Shown: one piece after another, positions 1 through 7,817 of the stretch
Numbering within the stretch: position 1 is the stretch's first letter
Layout: each line of letters opens with the position of its first letter
Origin: a virus
Lineage: Duplodnaviria > Caudoviricetes
Strand: one strand, 5' to 3'
DNA length: 37,902 nt
Virus record (IMG/VR): IMGVR_UViG_3300032280_000446
Location: 1-37,902 of that record
Program-made: the position numbers and the translations under genes
Notes under the pieces: model-generated
What the model was told of the DNA's origin: nothing
The model's input: the letters and a program-made list of their open reading frames with translations, nothing else
Databases searched by the model: none

Positions 1-123
1 GAGATCAGATGTACTAGACCCACTATAGAGCGTATAGAAGGTCAGATGATTAGGACTATCAAGCCTTTCTATAATAAACATACAGATCCGGTTGCTGCAT
101 CTAAAAAGAACGGCTATTATTAA
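1..123 (+). CDS. 3' end of a gene truncated by the window edge; possibly a GIY-YIG-like C-terminus
   Basis: Frame 1 is open to TAA at 121-123: ...IERIEGQMIRTIKPFYNKHTDPVAASKKNGYY*. E..MI....P.YN resembles the end of a GIY-YIG domain. Confidence 0.4.
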   Translation, partial: EIRCTRPTIERIEGQMIRTIKPFYNKHTDPVAASKKNGYY

Positions 124-137
124 ATAAATATAATATA

Positions 138-536
138 ATGAACAAAGACGTACAATTTTTAGCAGAAGCCTATGATAAGGTTATTAATGAAGTAAAAGCT
201 TCCCCGTCTAATTTTAGCGGTAACCCTGTTAAGCCTGTTGGTAACTTCGCTAACTCTCCAATACCTAAAGGGTATGATGCCATGCAGAGCATGATTAATC
301 AGAAGCTTGCCGCTAAAGAACAAAGCAACGAGCTTAACGTTCAGCCTGGTGATTTTGGGGATGATTATAATGAAGTAAAGAGCTTAATCGATCAGCTCAT
401 TAGCTATGGTCTTGATAGAAATGTTCTTAAGGCTGTTCTCCAATACGCCGAAGAAGTAGGCTATACTGGAGAAAGTGTTGACAATCTTATCAAACTCATT
501 CAGCACTTCAATAGTAGAGGTGTTCAAGATTCCTAA
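138..536 (+). CDS. Hypothetical late protein, MNKD..EAY leader family (putative internal head protein)
   Basis: 132-aa ORF; TAAATA at 121-126; N-terminus MNKDVQFLAEAYDKVINE. Confidence 0.75.
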   Translation: MNKDVQFLAEAYDKVINEVKASPSNFSGNPVKPVGNFANSPIPKGYDAMQSMINQKLAAKEQSNELNVQPGDFGDDYNEVKSLIDQLISYGLDRNVLKAVLQYAEEVGYTGESVDNLIKLIQHFNSRGVQDS

Positions 537-537
537 T

Positions 538-771
538 ATGAACAAAGATGCTCTATTGATTGCAGAAGCTTATAGTAAGATTCTAAAAGAGAATGTAGAG
601 CAGTCATTAGGTAATGTTCTATCTTCTTATTACCATCAGGGTAAGGGACTGGATAATGAAACCCTTCATCATGTATTAGAAGAGTTAGAAGAGATCTTAA
701 ACGTAGCTAAGAATGATCCCGATCCGGCTTCAGCTCTCGAGAGCCTTCTTTTAAAGCTTAAGGTTGATTAA
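538..771 (+). CDS. Hypothetical protein, MNKD..EAY leader family
   Basis: Start moved to ATG 538, directly after the upstream stop; MNKDALLIAEAYSKILKE. Confidence 0.75.
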   Translation: MNKDALLIAEAYSKILKENVEQSLGNVLSSYYHQGKGLDNETLHHVLEELEEILNVAKNDPDPASALESLLLKLKVD

Positions 772-814
772 TAAGAGTCTTATTATAGACTAAGTGTCAT
801 AATATAGTATCTTT

Positions 815-1024
815 ATGATGTTTGAACTACGTACCCCCCTCCCGGTTGTTACCCCGTTAGGAGATGGCTATGTCATTTATATTACCAATGGTGGTATGTA
901 CGAGAATGATATCTTTACTATAGTTTTGGAAGAAGGAGGCTATATTAAGCACTTCAGAAGCGATCAAATTAAAGTCCACCAAAACCTAACCTACGATATT
1001 AAAAAGAAAGCACCTAAGTTATGA
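815..1024 (+). CDS. Hypothetical phage protein
   Basis: 69-aa ORF with an ATGA overlap with the next gene. Confidence 0.7.
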   Translation: MMFELRTPLPVVTPLGDGYVIYITNGGMYENDIFTIVLEEGGYIKHFRSDQIKVHQNLTYDIKKKAPKL

Positions 1025-1410
1025 GAACCTATATTCTAAAAGAACCGGAAAACACGTTCTCAGCATCGGGGCCTGCGGCCAAGATCGATGCTTCCCATTT
1101 ATATCCGACCCCCGAGCAGACCCGCCGGTTGAAGAAGTCCCTGAAGAGCGCACACAAAATCATAGAGCGGGCTCAGAAGAAATGCTCCCGTTCAGGTAAA
1201 GATAAGTCCCTCCTTCATCAGGCCTGTCGTCTGGGTCACATTGTTAACGATCACCCTATTATGAGAGATGGAAAGAGATATGTAAACCCAATGACTGGTG
1301 GTGACCGACTGTACTTAGAAGAGATGGGTACTTACAAATGTGTTGAATTTATTAATAATGAATTCGTAGATAAGAATAACAAGCCAGTTGTTATATATGG
1401 GTATAAATAA
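1021..1410 (+). CDS. Hypothetical protein
   Basis: 129-aa ORF translationally coupled to the upstream gene. Confidence 0.65.
   Translation: MRTYILKEPENTFSASGPAAKIDASHLYPTPEQTRRLKKSLKSAHKIIERAQKKCSRSGKDKSLLHQACRLGHIVNDHPIMRDGKRYVNPMTGGDRLYLEEMGTYKCVEFINNEFVDKNNKPVVIYGYK
1402..1409 (+). promoter_or_regulatory. T4-type late promoter TATAAATA
   Basis: Exact T4 gp55 consensus, 5 nt before ATG 1415. TAAATA variants precede many other ORFs (121, 1943, 3535, 5726, 8036, 19495, 25261, 27626). Confidence 0.7.
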
Positions 1411-1414
1411 CTTT

Positions 1415-1546
1415 ATGAACACATTTAATGAAATTGTAGAAGAAATACTTTCCGAAAAACAAATGCATTGTTGGAAGGGGTATAAGAAGAAGGGAACAAA
1501 GAAGCTCTCCTCCGGTAAGGTAGTTAATAACTGCGTAAAGAAATAA
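1415..1546 (+). CDS. Small basic CWKGY-motif protein (not in ORF track)
   Basis: MNTFNEIVEEILSEKQMHCWKGYKKKGTKKLSSGKVVNNCVKK*. The CWxGY...GK.V.NCVK motif is typical of T4-like phage small proteins, and a late promoter lies upstream. Confidence 0.75.
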   Translation: MNTFNEIVEEILSEKQMHCWKGYKKKGTKKLSSGKVVNNCVKK

Positions 1547-1552
1547 TTTAAT

Positions 1553-1705
1553 ATGCCTGAAGATAAAAGCGAAAAAGTAAAAAAGTGTACAGCTGCCGAT
1601 AACGGATGCAGATGTAATGGCTGTCAAAACTGTTTGGATAACGCCCGGGATTATCACAAGAAGATGGGTGACGACCCAACAGAAGATTTTGGTTGGGGGG
1701 ATTAG
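1553..1705 (+). CDS. Small Cys-rich protein (not in ORF track)
   Basis: MPEDKSEKVKKCTAADNGCRCNGCQNCLDNARDYHKKMGDDPTEDFGWGD*; CxCxxCxxC cluster. Confidence 0.6.
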   Translation: MPEDKSEKVKKCTAADNGCRCNGCQNCLDNARDYHKKMGDDPTEDFGWGD

Positions 1706-1869
1706 TGAATTAATCTCTTAAGATTGTAATCAATCTTTTCTTCTAAAGAACCACCGTACATCATTTGTTGTTTAATAATCATTAATAACAATTCAATTAT
1801 ACGTTCGTTTGTAAGTCCTTGAGCGTATAGTCGTATTACTATATTATCAAGTTGAGGTTGCTCTTCCAT
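1702..1869 (-). CDS. Hypothetical protein
   Basis: Likely start MEEQPQ at 1869, 5 nt after a minus-strand TAAATA. Confidence 0.55.
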   Translation of the reverse strand: MEEQPQLDNIVIRLYAQGLTNERIIELLLMIIKQQMMYGGSLEEKIDYNLKRLIH

Positions 1870-1956
1870 ATTAATATTTAATATATATATATACATGTAT
1901 AGATCAAAGTTTTCTAGATATGTAAATTCAATAAGATTAGATTAAATAATTCATAT

Positions 1957-2253
1957 ATGAATAAAGATACACAAAATTTATCTGAAGCGTATTCTCGCAT
2001 CTACGTAAAAGAAGATGAAGATTTTCGCGAGCAGATGCCTACTTCAAAAGAAGTCTACGACAAAGAAGAACTTGGACCTGACCCTAAGGACCTAGCCCAG
2101 TATGATGATTACGAGAAGGCTAGAAAAGATATCAATTATGATAACTACACAGCCTGGGATGCCTACCATGCTGTAAAAGAAGGTGCTTGGTCGGAAGATG
2201 ACTTCTTACAATGGATGAGATCAGTTTGGGCAGATGGTGCTAATAACGCTTAG
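1957..2253 (+). CDS. Hypothetical acidic late protein, MNKD..EAY leader family
   Basis: MNKDTQNLSEAYSRIYVKE; TAAATA at 1943-1948. Confidence 0.75.
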   Translation: MNKDTQNLSEAYSRIYVKEDEDFREQMPTSKEVYDKEELGPDPKDLAQYDDYEKARKDINYDNYTAWDAYHAVKEGAWSEDDFLQWMRSVWADGANNA

Positions 2254-2255
2254 TT

Positions 2256-2768
2256 GTGAATTTTTTAGACCCTAAAGCGTTTCAGTTCTTAAAGACCATA
2301 CAAGACGGGTTTTCAACTATTCTTGATGAATATAACACTGTACAAACAAAAGGGGTACCGTGGCCGGAGCTTTTCATTTATAATAAAGGGTGGGATGTTA
2401 TTGGTTTAAAGTATCAAGGTAAGCACAGAGAGTTTAGAGATATGTTCCCTAAAACATGTGAAATTTTTGATAGTGTAAAAACACCTGGTATACCTACATA
2501 TGGTTTTTCAATCATGCGCCCGGGTTGTGAAATAAAGCCACACAAAGGTTATACCGAACTACAGGGACCGGTTCTACGCGGGCATCTCTGTTTGACTACA
2601 AACCTGGATTCAAGACTGGTTGTTAACGACGAGGAAAGAAATTGGGAAGTAGGAGAGTTTTTAATATTTGACGATCTTAACCTCCATGCTGCCTATAACC
2701 GCGGTACTACAGATAGAGTTGTAGTCTTATTTGACTTTAGTCGTTACTATAAGAATAAGAATTTTTAA
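2256..2768 (+). CDS. Aspartyl/asparaginyl beta-hydroxylase family 2OG-Fe(II) dioxygenase
   Basis: FSIMRPGCEIKPHKG, LRGHLCL, W..GE.LIFDD...HAAYN....RVVVLFD. Confidence 0.85.
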   Translation: MNFLDPKAFQFLKTIQDGFSTILDEYNTVQTKGVPWPELFIYNKGWDVIGLKYQGKHREFRDMFPKTCEIFDSVKTPGIPTYGFSIMRPGCEIKPHKGYTELQGPVLRGHLCLTTNLDSRLVVNDEERNWEVGEFLIFDDLNLHAAYNRGTTDRVVVLFDFSRYYKNKNF

Positions 2769-3348
2769 TATTAGAAAACGTTATATCGTTTTGAAATTTT
2801 AATTGTTCAGTATCTACTAGTTCGGTATGTGCGTACCAATCTTCAACACTATGCCCGCATGCGTCTTGTAAATTTGATATAAACCTGGTATAACCGGCAC
2901 TAGTAAATTTACTGTGAGCCATATCTTTTAGTCCCTCATAGGGAGGGAGATGTTGCGCGTATAGATTGTGTTCAAAATGTATAATTTTAAATTTATATTT
3001 ACTCAGGTCTAATAATTCTAAAGATTGTTTAAGAGCCTCGTCGACATCATAAGAAAGATAATCAATAACAAGAGGAGCTGAATTACGATCTAAAATCTCT
3101 GTAATAGGAGTTACTGTTAAATCTTCAACATAAGCTTTTGTTTTTCTAAAACTGTTATAGTCAGCAACGCTTTTAGCATCTATATCAATACCTATACCAT
3201 ACCATCCATTTTCTTCTAAAAGTAAAGAGTTACTTCCTGCAGGTATAATTTTCCCGTCTCCACATCCCAAATCTACAAAGTAACCAGGCTGTTTTTTGAA
3301 AAAATTTAAAACAAATATATCTTGTTCAAACTGTGAGTGACTGGTCAT
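2737..3348 (-). CDS. FkbM-family SAM-dependent methyltransferase
   Basis: SQFEQD..V, GYFVDLGCGDG, SNSLLLE..GW.GI.ID, IDYLSYDVD, IIHFEHN. Start MTSHSQ at 3348 follows a TAAATA. Confidence 0.8.
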   Translation of the reverse strand: MTSHSQFEQDIFVLNFFKKQPGYFVDLGCGDGKIIPAGSNSLLLEENGWYGIGIDIDAKSVADYNSFRKTKAYVEDLTVTPITEILDRNSAPLVIDYLSYDVDEALKQSLELLDLSKYKFKIIHFEHNLYAQHLPPYEGLKDMAHSKFTSAGYTRFISNLQDACGHSVEDWYAHTELVDTEQLKFQNDITFSNIKNSYSYSND

Positions 3349-3368
3349 ACTATTATTTAATTTTTTTC

Positions 3369-3396
3369 TTGATTTCTTTATAAGTAGCGACATAAT
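3369..3396 (+). promoter_or_regulatory. sigma70-like promoter upstream of the candidate ncRNA
   Basis: TTGATT-16 nt-CATAAT. Confidence 0.45.
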
Positions 3397-3402
3397 CTAT
3401 TA

Positions 3403-3522
3403 CAGTTACTTTTCCTTAAAGCCGGTAACTAAACAAAGCCAGCAGGAGCTCGGGGAGGTGGAAAGCCGGCGCCAACCCCGAGCCCTGCCACTGTATAGAG
3501 AGTAATACAGTAGAAGTTTTTC
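3403..3522 (+). ncRNA. Candidate structured ncRNA of unknown family
   Basis: GC-rich non-coding island with three hairpins (3404-3430, 3442-3488, 3490-3511), a promoter upstream and a T tract downstream. Confidence 0.55.
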
Positions 3523-3546
3523 CTTAAAAAGGCATAAATATAATAT

Positions 3547-4059
3547 ATGAACAATGATCAGTTAAATATTGAAACTCTTTACGGTCAAATTATCGAAGAG
3601 GCAAAAAAGAAACTTTCCCCGGCTCAGAAGAAACTCGCAGCTGCAGCTCCTCCTCCAGATGAAATCACAGGGGATGACTTCAAGGCATTAAAGAAGAAAA
3701 AGAAAGTAGCTGAAGGAATAGAAGCCGCTTACGAACAGATTTTAGAAGCTTCTGCTACTGATAAAGTTGTTAATAAGAAATTAGCTCGTCGTTACTACAA
3801 GGCTGTTCGTTCCTTATTGAAGGCTGAACACGGTTCTAAGGATTACCAGAAGTTAAAAGACGAGAAGGAAGATATCGTTAAGATTGTTAACGATCACGGT
3901 AAGACAATTGCTGATTTAGATGCTCTTCTCACTAAGAAAGAAAAAGAAGAAGTAGCCGGAGAGGCTGGTACTGACAATGATGTTAAGCCTGCTGCATGTA
4001 CAACATGTGGCGGTGATCATGCAGCATCTTCTTGTCACGAAGACGGAAACGTTGAGTAA
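3547..4059 (+). CDS. Late Lys/Glu-rich protein, putative internal head protein
   Basis: CATAAATA at 3533-3540; leader MNNDQLNIETLYGQIIEE; LSPAQKKL...ITGDDFKAL motif common in T4-like phages. Confidence 0.75.
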   Translation: MNNDQLNIETLYGQIIEEAKKKLSPAQKKLAAAAPPPDEITGDDFKALKKKKKVAEGIEAAYEQILEASATDKVVNKKLARRYYKAVRSLLKAEHGSKDYQKLKDEKEDIVKIVNDHGKTIADLDALLTKKEKEEVAGEAGTDNDVKPAACTTCGGDHAASSCHEDGNVE

Positions 4060-4076
4060 ATAGTTAAGCAAAAGAC

Positions 4077-4105
4077 TTGCTTTTACCTGCCCGGGCGTGT
4101 ATTAT
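4077..4105 (+). promoter_or_regulatory. sigma70-like early promoter
   Basis: TTGCTT-17 nt-TATTAT, ending 6 nt before ATG 4112. Confidence 0.55.
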
Positions 4106-4111
4106 ATATAC

Positions 4112-4945
4112 ATGTCTAAAATTCTTGTCATAGGCGATATCCATAATCATTGGGTTAAAGCTGAGGCTGTTGCTTCAAAGTATGATGATCACACTATCGT
4201 GTTTGTCGGTGATTACTTTGATGACTTTGGTGATTCTGCTATTGATGCTGATCAGACTGCTCGTTGGCTTAAAAGCTCTTTAGAGAAGCCTAATAGAATT
4301 CATCTGATGGGTAACCATGATATCAATTATTCCTATCTGAACTATAAGAAGGATATCAAAGGTAACCTTCAAAACCTTTACCATTGCTCTGGCTACGATC
4401 TTAGAAAAGATGATGCTATTAATCGTATTATGACCAATGAAGATTGGGATAAGATTAAGATGTATCATTACGAGAATGGTTGGTTCTTTACCCACGCTGG
4501 TATTTCTAAGCATTGGTTTGAACATCCTGTTCTCGGTACAACGCCTGAGGTCATAATTAAAAAAATTGATGAGGCTATTGCACTATATAAGAATCGGGAG
4601 TACTCAGATATTCTTGGTGCTGCTGGAAGATGTAGAGGAGGTTCACATAAAGCTGGTGGCATTCTTTGGCACGATCATTTCAGAGAGTCTGAAGTCATTC
4701 GTGGTATTAAGCAAGTCTATGGTCATACGCCAGTTACTACCACTATTGGCCCGGTTATAGAAGTTGAGAAGCTTGATGATGATTCTATTAACGTTAATGT
4801 TGATTGTGGTCTTCAGCAAGTCCTTCGAATTCACGAAGATGGTTCGGCAGGTCCACTTGAAACAGATCTGCCGAACTTTTATTATGAAGCTAATAAAAAA
4901 GAATTTGATCAGATGATCAAATCAATGGATAGCTGGAACAAATAA
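4112..4945 (+). CDS. Calcineurin-like metallophosphoesterase
   Basis: GDIH, GDYFD, GNHD, THAG and GHT motifs in canonical order. Confidence 0.9.
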   Translation: MSKILVIGDIHNHWVKAEAVASKYDDHTIVFVGDYFDDFGDSAIDADQTARWLKSSLEKPNRIHLMGNHDINYSYLNYKKDIKGNLQNLYHCSGYDLRKDDAINRIMTNEDWDKIKMYHYENGWFFTHAGISKHWFEHPVLGTTPEVIIKKIDEAIALYKNREYSDILGAAGRCRGGSHKAGGILWHDHFRESEVIRGIKQVYGHTPVTTTIGPVIEVEKLDDDSINVNVDCGLQQVLRIHEDGSAGPLETDLPNFYYEANKKEFDQMIKSMDSWNK

Positions 4946-4951
4946 AAATTT

Positions 4952-5017
4952 ATGAAAAGAATACTAGTAACAGGTAGTGCTGGGTTTGTCGGCGCAAACT
5001 TTGCTGATTTACTATGA
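4952..5017 (+). pseudogene. 21-codon remnant of an NAD-dependent epimerase/dehydratase
   Basis: MKRILVTGSAGFVGANFADLL*: extended-SDR TGxxGxxG N-terminus followed by a stop. Confidence 0.7.
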
Positions 5018-5667
5018 GTAACGAAAATGTGATAAAATTCACAACCCGGGTTGAGTTAAAAGAAATAAGCCAACAGAGGTTTAACCAAAAACAATACAAA
5101 TATAATTCTGTTAATTTAAGTGATGTAGATTCTAATATTGTTCGTACAATTTACAAAGTAGTAACTGATTTAGATCATGAAGTAGAAATTACCAGTACAG
5201 TTTTTAACTGCAATCCGAGGCCGTATAATAAGCTTGGTACAAAGCCCGGGCAGTGGTGTTTACCGCTAAACACAAAAGTTTTAAATTATCATTTTTCAGT
5301 AGATAAAAAATATAATTCGACTGGTAATATAAAATATGGTTCAAAAAAAATATTTGGTATTGCGATTAATTCTATGGAGCAATTAATTGAAAATGAAAAA
5401 CCAGATTTTATTGTTGCAGCTGCAGAATCAACAGACACGTCTCGAGTTAGAACATATCAACATATGTATAAGCGTTATCACAACGTGTACAGTAGCCCTG
5501 ATAACTCATATCAACTTTTTTATCTAGATAAAAACGATTTAGAATATAAAAATGTAGTTTACTATATTCGTGGTTTTGATAATATTGTTTACGGTAAGTA
5601 CAATGATAATGTAAAAGCGCCAGAACATTTTATTCTTAAAGCAACGCACCGGAAGCTAATTGGCTAG
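5014..5667 (+). CDS. Hypothetical protein
   Basis: 217-aa ORF; its 3' end overlaps tRNA-Cys. Confidence 0.65.
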   Translation: MSNENVIKFTTRVELKEISQQRFNQKQYKYNSVNLSDVDSNIVRTIYKVVTDLDHEVEITSTVFNCNPRPYNKLGTKPGQWCLPLNTKVLNYHFSVDKKYNSTGNIKYGSKKIFGIAINSMEQLIENEKPDFIVAAAESTDTSRVRTYQHMYKRYHNVYSSPDNSYQLFYLDKNDLEYKNVVYYIRGFDNIVYGKYNDNVKAPEHFILKATHRKLIG

Positions 5668-5720
5668 GCAAGGGCCTGCAAAACCCTTTATGGGGAGTTC
5701 GATTCTCCCCCGGTGCTCCA
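5646..5720 (+). tRNA. tRNA-Cys(GCA)
   Basis: Acceptor GCACCGG/CCGGTGC, loop CTGCAAA, T arm GGGAG-TTCGATT-CTCCC, U73, encoded CCA. Confidence 0.9.
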
Positions 5721-5736
5721 ACGCATAAATAAAATT

Positions 5737-5931
5737 ATGCCATACAATATACGTAAATCATCAAAAGGGTATAAAGTCTGTAAAAAAATAGGGGATAAGA
5801 AGTGTTTACCGGGTACTTCTGCTAGTAAAGAAAAAGCACAAAAGAGAATAGCTGCGGTTTATGCTAATGAATCATATGAATTTGATGCTTTTGTTGAAAG
5901 TCTTCTTAGGAAATTCGAGAAAAATTCCTAA
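5737..5931 (+). CDS. Small basic late protein
   Basis: MPYNIRKSSKGYKVCKK...KEKAQKRIAAVYANES; CATAAATA at 5724-5731. Confidence 0.7.
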   Translation: MPYNIRKSSKGYKVCKKIGDKKCLPGTSASKEKAQKRIAAVYANESYEFDAFVESLLRKFEKNS

Positions 5932-5938
5932 TTTCGTC

Positions 5939-5966
5939 TTGCACTCCTAAAAATAGCCTGTAATAT
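5939..5966 (+). promoter_or_regulatory. sigma70-like early promoter
   Basis: TTGCAC-16 nt-TAATAT. Confidence 0.5.
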
Positions 5967-5976
5967 GGGTTGTGTT

Positions 5977-7050
5977 ATGAATACAACACTACTCGATACA
6001 TTCGACGAACAGGCAACTAAAGTTAAGGACATTGTAAGCTCTTACAATAAAGTACCTGCAACTTTGTCGCAGATTCGTAAGTCCGGTAAGAACTTCTACT
6101 ACGGTCAACACCAGGTTGAAGTTTCAGCACTCAAAGATCTCCTGAATATCTTTTCAGTTAAGGAGAATCTTGTTAACGAAATTAAGAACGATAAGGATCA
6201 GTGGGAACCCCTTCAGCGGTGTCTTGCTGATATTAAACAAGATCGCACTGTTACAGCTGTAACCCGTGACATTGGTGATAACGAGCGTACAGTTGTTCGT
6301 TTTACGAATAAGAAGATTGACGAGGAACAGGCTCTTGACCTCGATCGTGGTATTGAAATGATGCGCGATTACGCCGGGTCTCAGGACGGAGAAAATCTCC
6401 GCCTTCACAGCATGGGATTCGATTTCGAAAATCTACTCGTGCGTACTCAGTTCCGTAATATCAATAGTAAGATTGACGTCTTTAATGACGGCAATGATAT
6501 CTGGGATACTGGAATGAATATTAATTACGGTGAGTCTAAGACTTCGGTTGCTCCGTTTTACCTTCGCTTGATCTGTACTAACGGAATGGTTGGTACTCAT
6601 CAAATGTCTCAGCGCTACTTTGATAACTCCGAGTTCAAGGGTTCAACTTTTAATAAGCTTATCTCCAAGGTTATGGACCAAGATCTGACCGGAGTTGTTC
6701 GCGCTAACGGTAATCGCTTGCAAGACACAACTGCATCACTGCGGGAGTTCTACAACGCCCGTAACGTACTTCTCGGTCGCTCGGTTGAGCTTGCTAAGAC
6801 GTACTTCGATGACACTGAGATCAAGGATGCGTATAAGGATGAGCGTCTCCGTTATAAGAATGCTCGTTGGTTGGCTACTGCTAACACGAACATTAACGCA
6901 TACGATTTCTTCAATCGCATCACCCACTGCACCTCCCACCAGGAGCTTAACGACACAACTCGTCTGCAGCTTAACAACATTGCTTCTGAACTCTTCTTCA
7001 AGGGACCAGACTTTGCTTACAAGGCTCCAGATCCGTTCGCAAAGAAGTAA
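5977..7050 (+). CDS. DUF932-like protein
   Basis: PFYLRLICTNGMV motif characteristic of DUF932-type proteins; biased codon usage; own promoter and terminator. Confidence 0.6.
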   Translation: MNTTLLDTFDEQATKVKDIVSSYNKVPATLSQIRKSGKNFYYGQHQVEVSALKDLLNIFSVKENLVNEIKNDKDQWEPLQRCLADIKQDRTVTAVTRDIGDNERTVVRFTNKKIDEEQALDLDRGIEMMRDYAGSQDGENLRLHSMGFDFENLLVRTQFRNINSKIDVFNDGNDIWDTGMNINYGESKTSVAPFYLRLICTNGMVGTHQMSQRYFDNSEFKGSTFNKLISKVMDQDLTGVVRANGNRLQDTTASLREFYNARNVLLGRSVELAKTYFDDTEIKDAYKDERLRYKNARWLATANTNINAYDFFNRITHCTSHQELNDTTRLQLNNIASELFFKGPDFAYKAPDPFAKK

Positions 7051-7064
7051 GTTAATATAAACTC

Positions 7065-7105
7065 AAAAGAAAAGAGGTTACTTAGTAGCCTCTTTTTCTT
7101 TTTTT
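7065..7105. terminator. Rho-independent terminator, potentially bidirectional
   Basis: GAGGTTAC-tta-GTAGCCTC stem flanked by A and T tracts. Confidence 0.8.
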
Positions 7106-7119
7106 AATAATATATTAAT

Positions 7120-7350
7120 ATGTCTCTTAACGCCGCCGTCCAACTCCGTAAAAACGAACCTATTGATCATGCTCTTAAACGCCTAAAAGCTAAAGTCGAA
7201 AGAGAAGGTGTAATCGATATCGTTCGTGCAAAGCGTGGTTTTGAAACACCTACACAAAAAAGAAAACGTAAAGCTAAAAGACAAATAAAGGTTATTACCG
7301 CACTGAAAAATAAGAAAAATGCACAACGCAATAACGTGGAAGCAATTTGA
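7120..7350 (+). CDS. rpsU: Ribosomal protein bS21
   Basis: V.LRKNEPIDHALKRLKAKVEREGVID.VR.KRGFETPTQKRKRK fits the bS21 pattern. Confidence 0.9.
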   Translation: MSLNAAVQLRKNEPIDHALKRLKAKVEREGVIDIVRAKRGFETPTQKRKRKAKRQIKVITALKNKKNAQRNNVEAI

Positions 7351-7771
7351 GACTGACGTACATACATTAGCAAAATACATTAAAAATGATATAGATATCA
7401 TTATAGGTATAGGTCGCGGTGGTTGGATACCAGCAGTTTGTCTTTCCCATCAAATAGGTGTTAAAGAAGTATATAATTTTTCTATACAAAGCTATAACGA
7501 CAAGAATAAGAAAAATACAACTTCAACAATTGGTCAGCAGCCAAGTAATAGTTTTTACTATGAAAATAGACACAAGAGGGTTTTAGTTATAGATGATTTA
7601 TCTGACAAAGGTCAAACATTAATATCTATTAAAAATTATTTTGCCGATAGAGGTGTACATCCTGTTTTTGCAACACTCTATATAAAGAATAGTACAGAGT
7701 TTATACCAGATGTCTATGTACGGGCATATGGAGACGATAATTGGTTAGTTTTTCCGTGGGAAAAACAATAA
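7319..7771 (+). CDS. Type I phosphoribosyltransferase (xanthine/guanine PRT-like)
   Basis: ITW..F, IIGIGRGGWIPA, PRPP loop VLVIDDLSDKGQT, C-terminal WLVFPWE. Confidence 0.9.
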   Translation: MHNAITWKQFETDVHTLAKYIKNDIDIIIGIGRGGWIPAVCLSHQIGVKEVYNFSIQSYNDKNKKNTTSTIGQQPSNSFYYENRHKRVLVIDDLSDKGQTLISIKNYFADRGVHPVFATLYIKNSTEFIPDVYVRAYGDDNWLVFPWEKQ

Positions 7772-7796
7772 AAAAGCCCCTCTTTCGAGGGGCTTT
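7771..7796. terminator. Bidirectional terminator between convergent genes
   Basis: AAAAA-GCCCCTC-tttc-GAGGGGC-TTT. Confidence 0.85.
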
Positions 7797-7817
7797 CAAT
7801 ATAAGAAACACGTAAAA

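Noticed and set aside
3440-3500. Cobalamin riboswitch or SRP RNA identity for the GC-rich element (GGTGGAAAGCC, GCCACTGTA)
   Set aside because: It lacks the AGGGAA and B12-box segments and the SRP CAGG...AGCAG loop; kept as an unassigned ncRNA.
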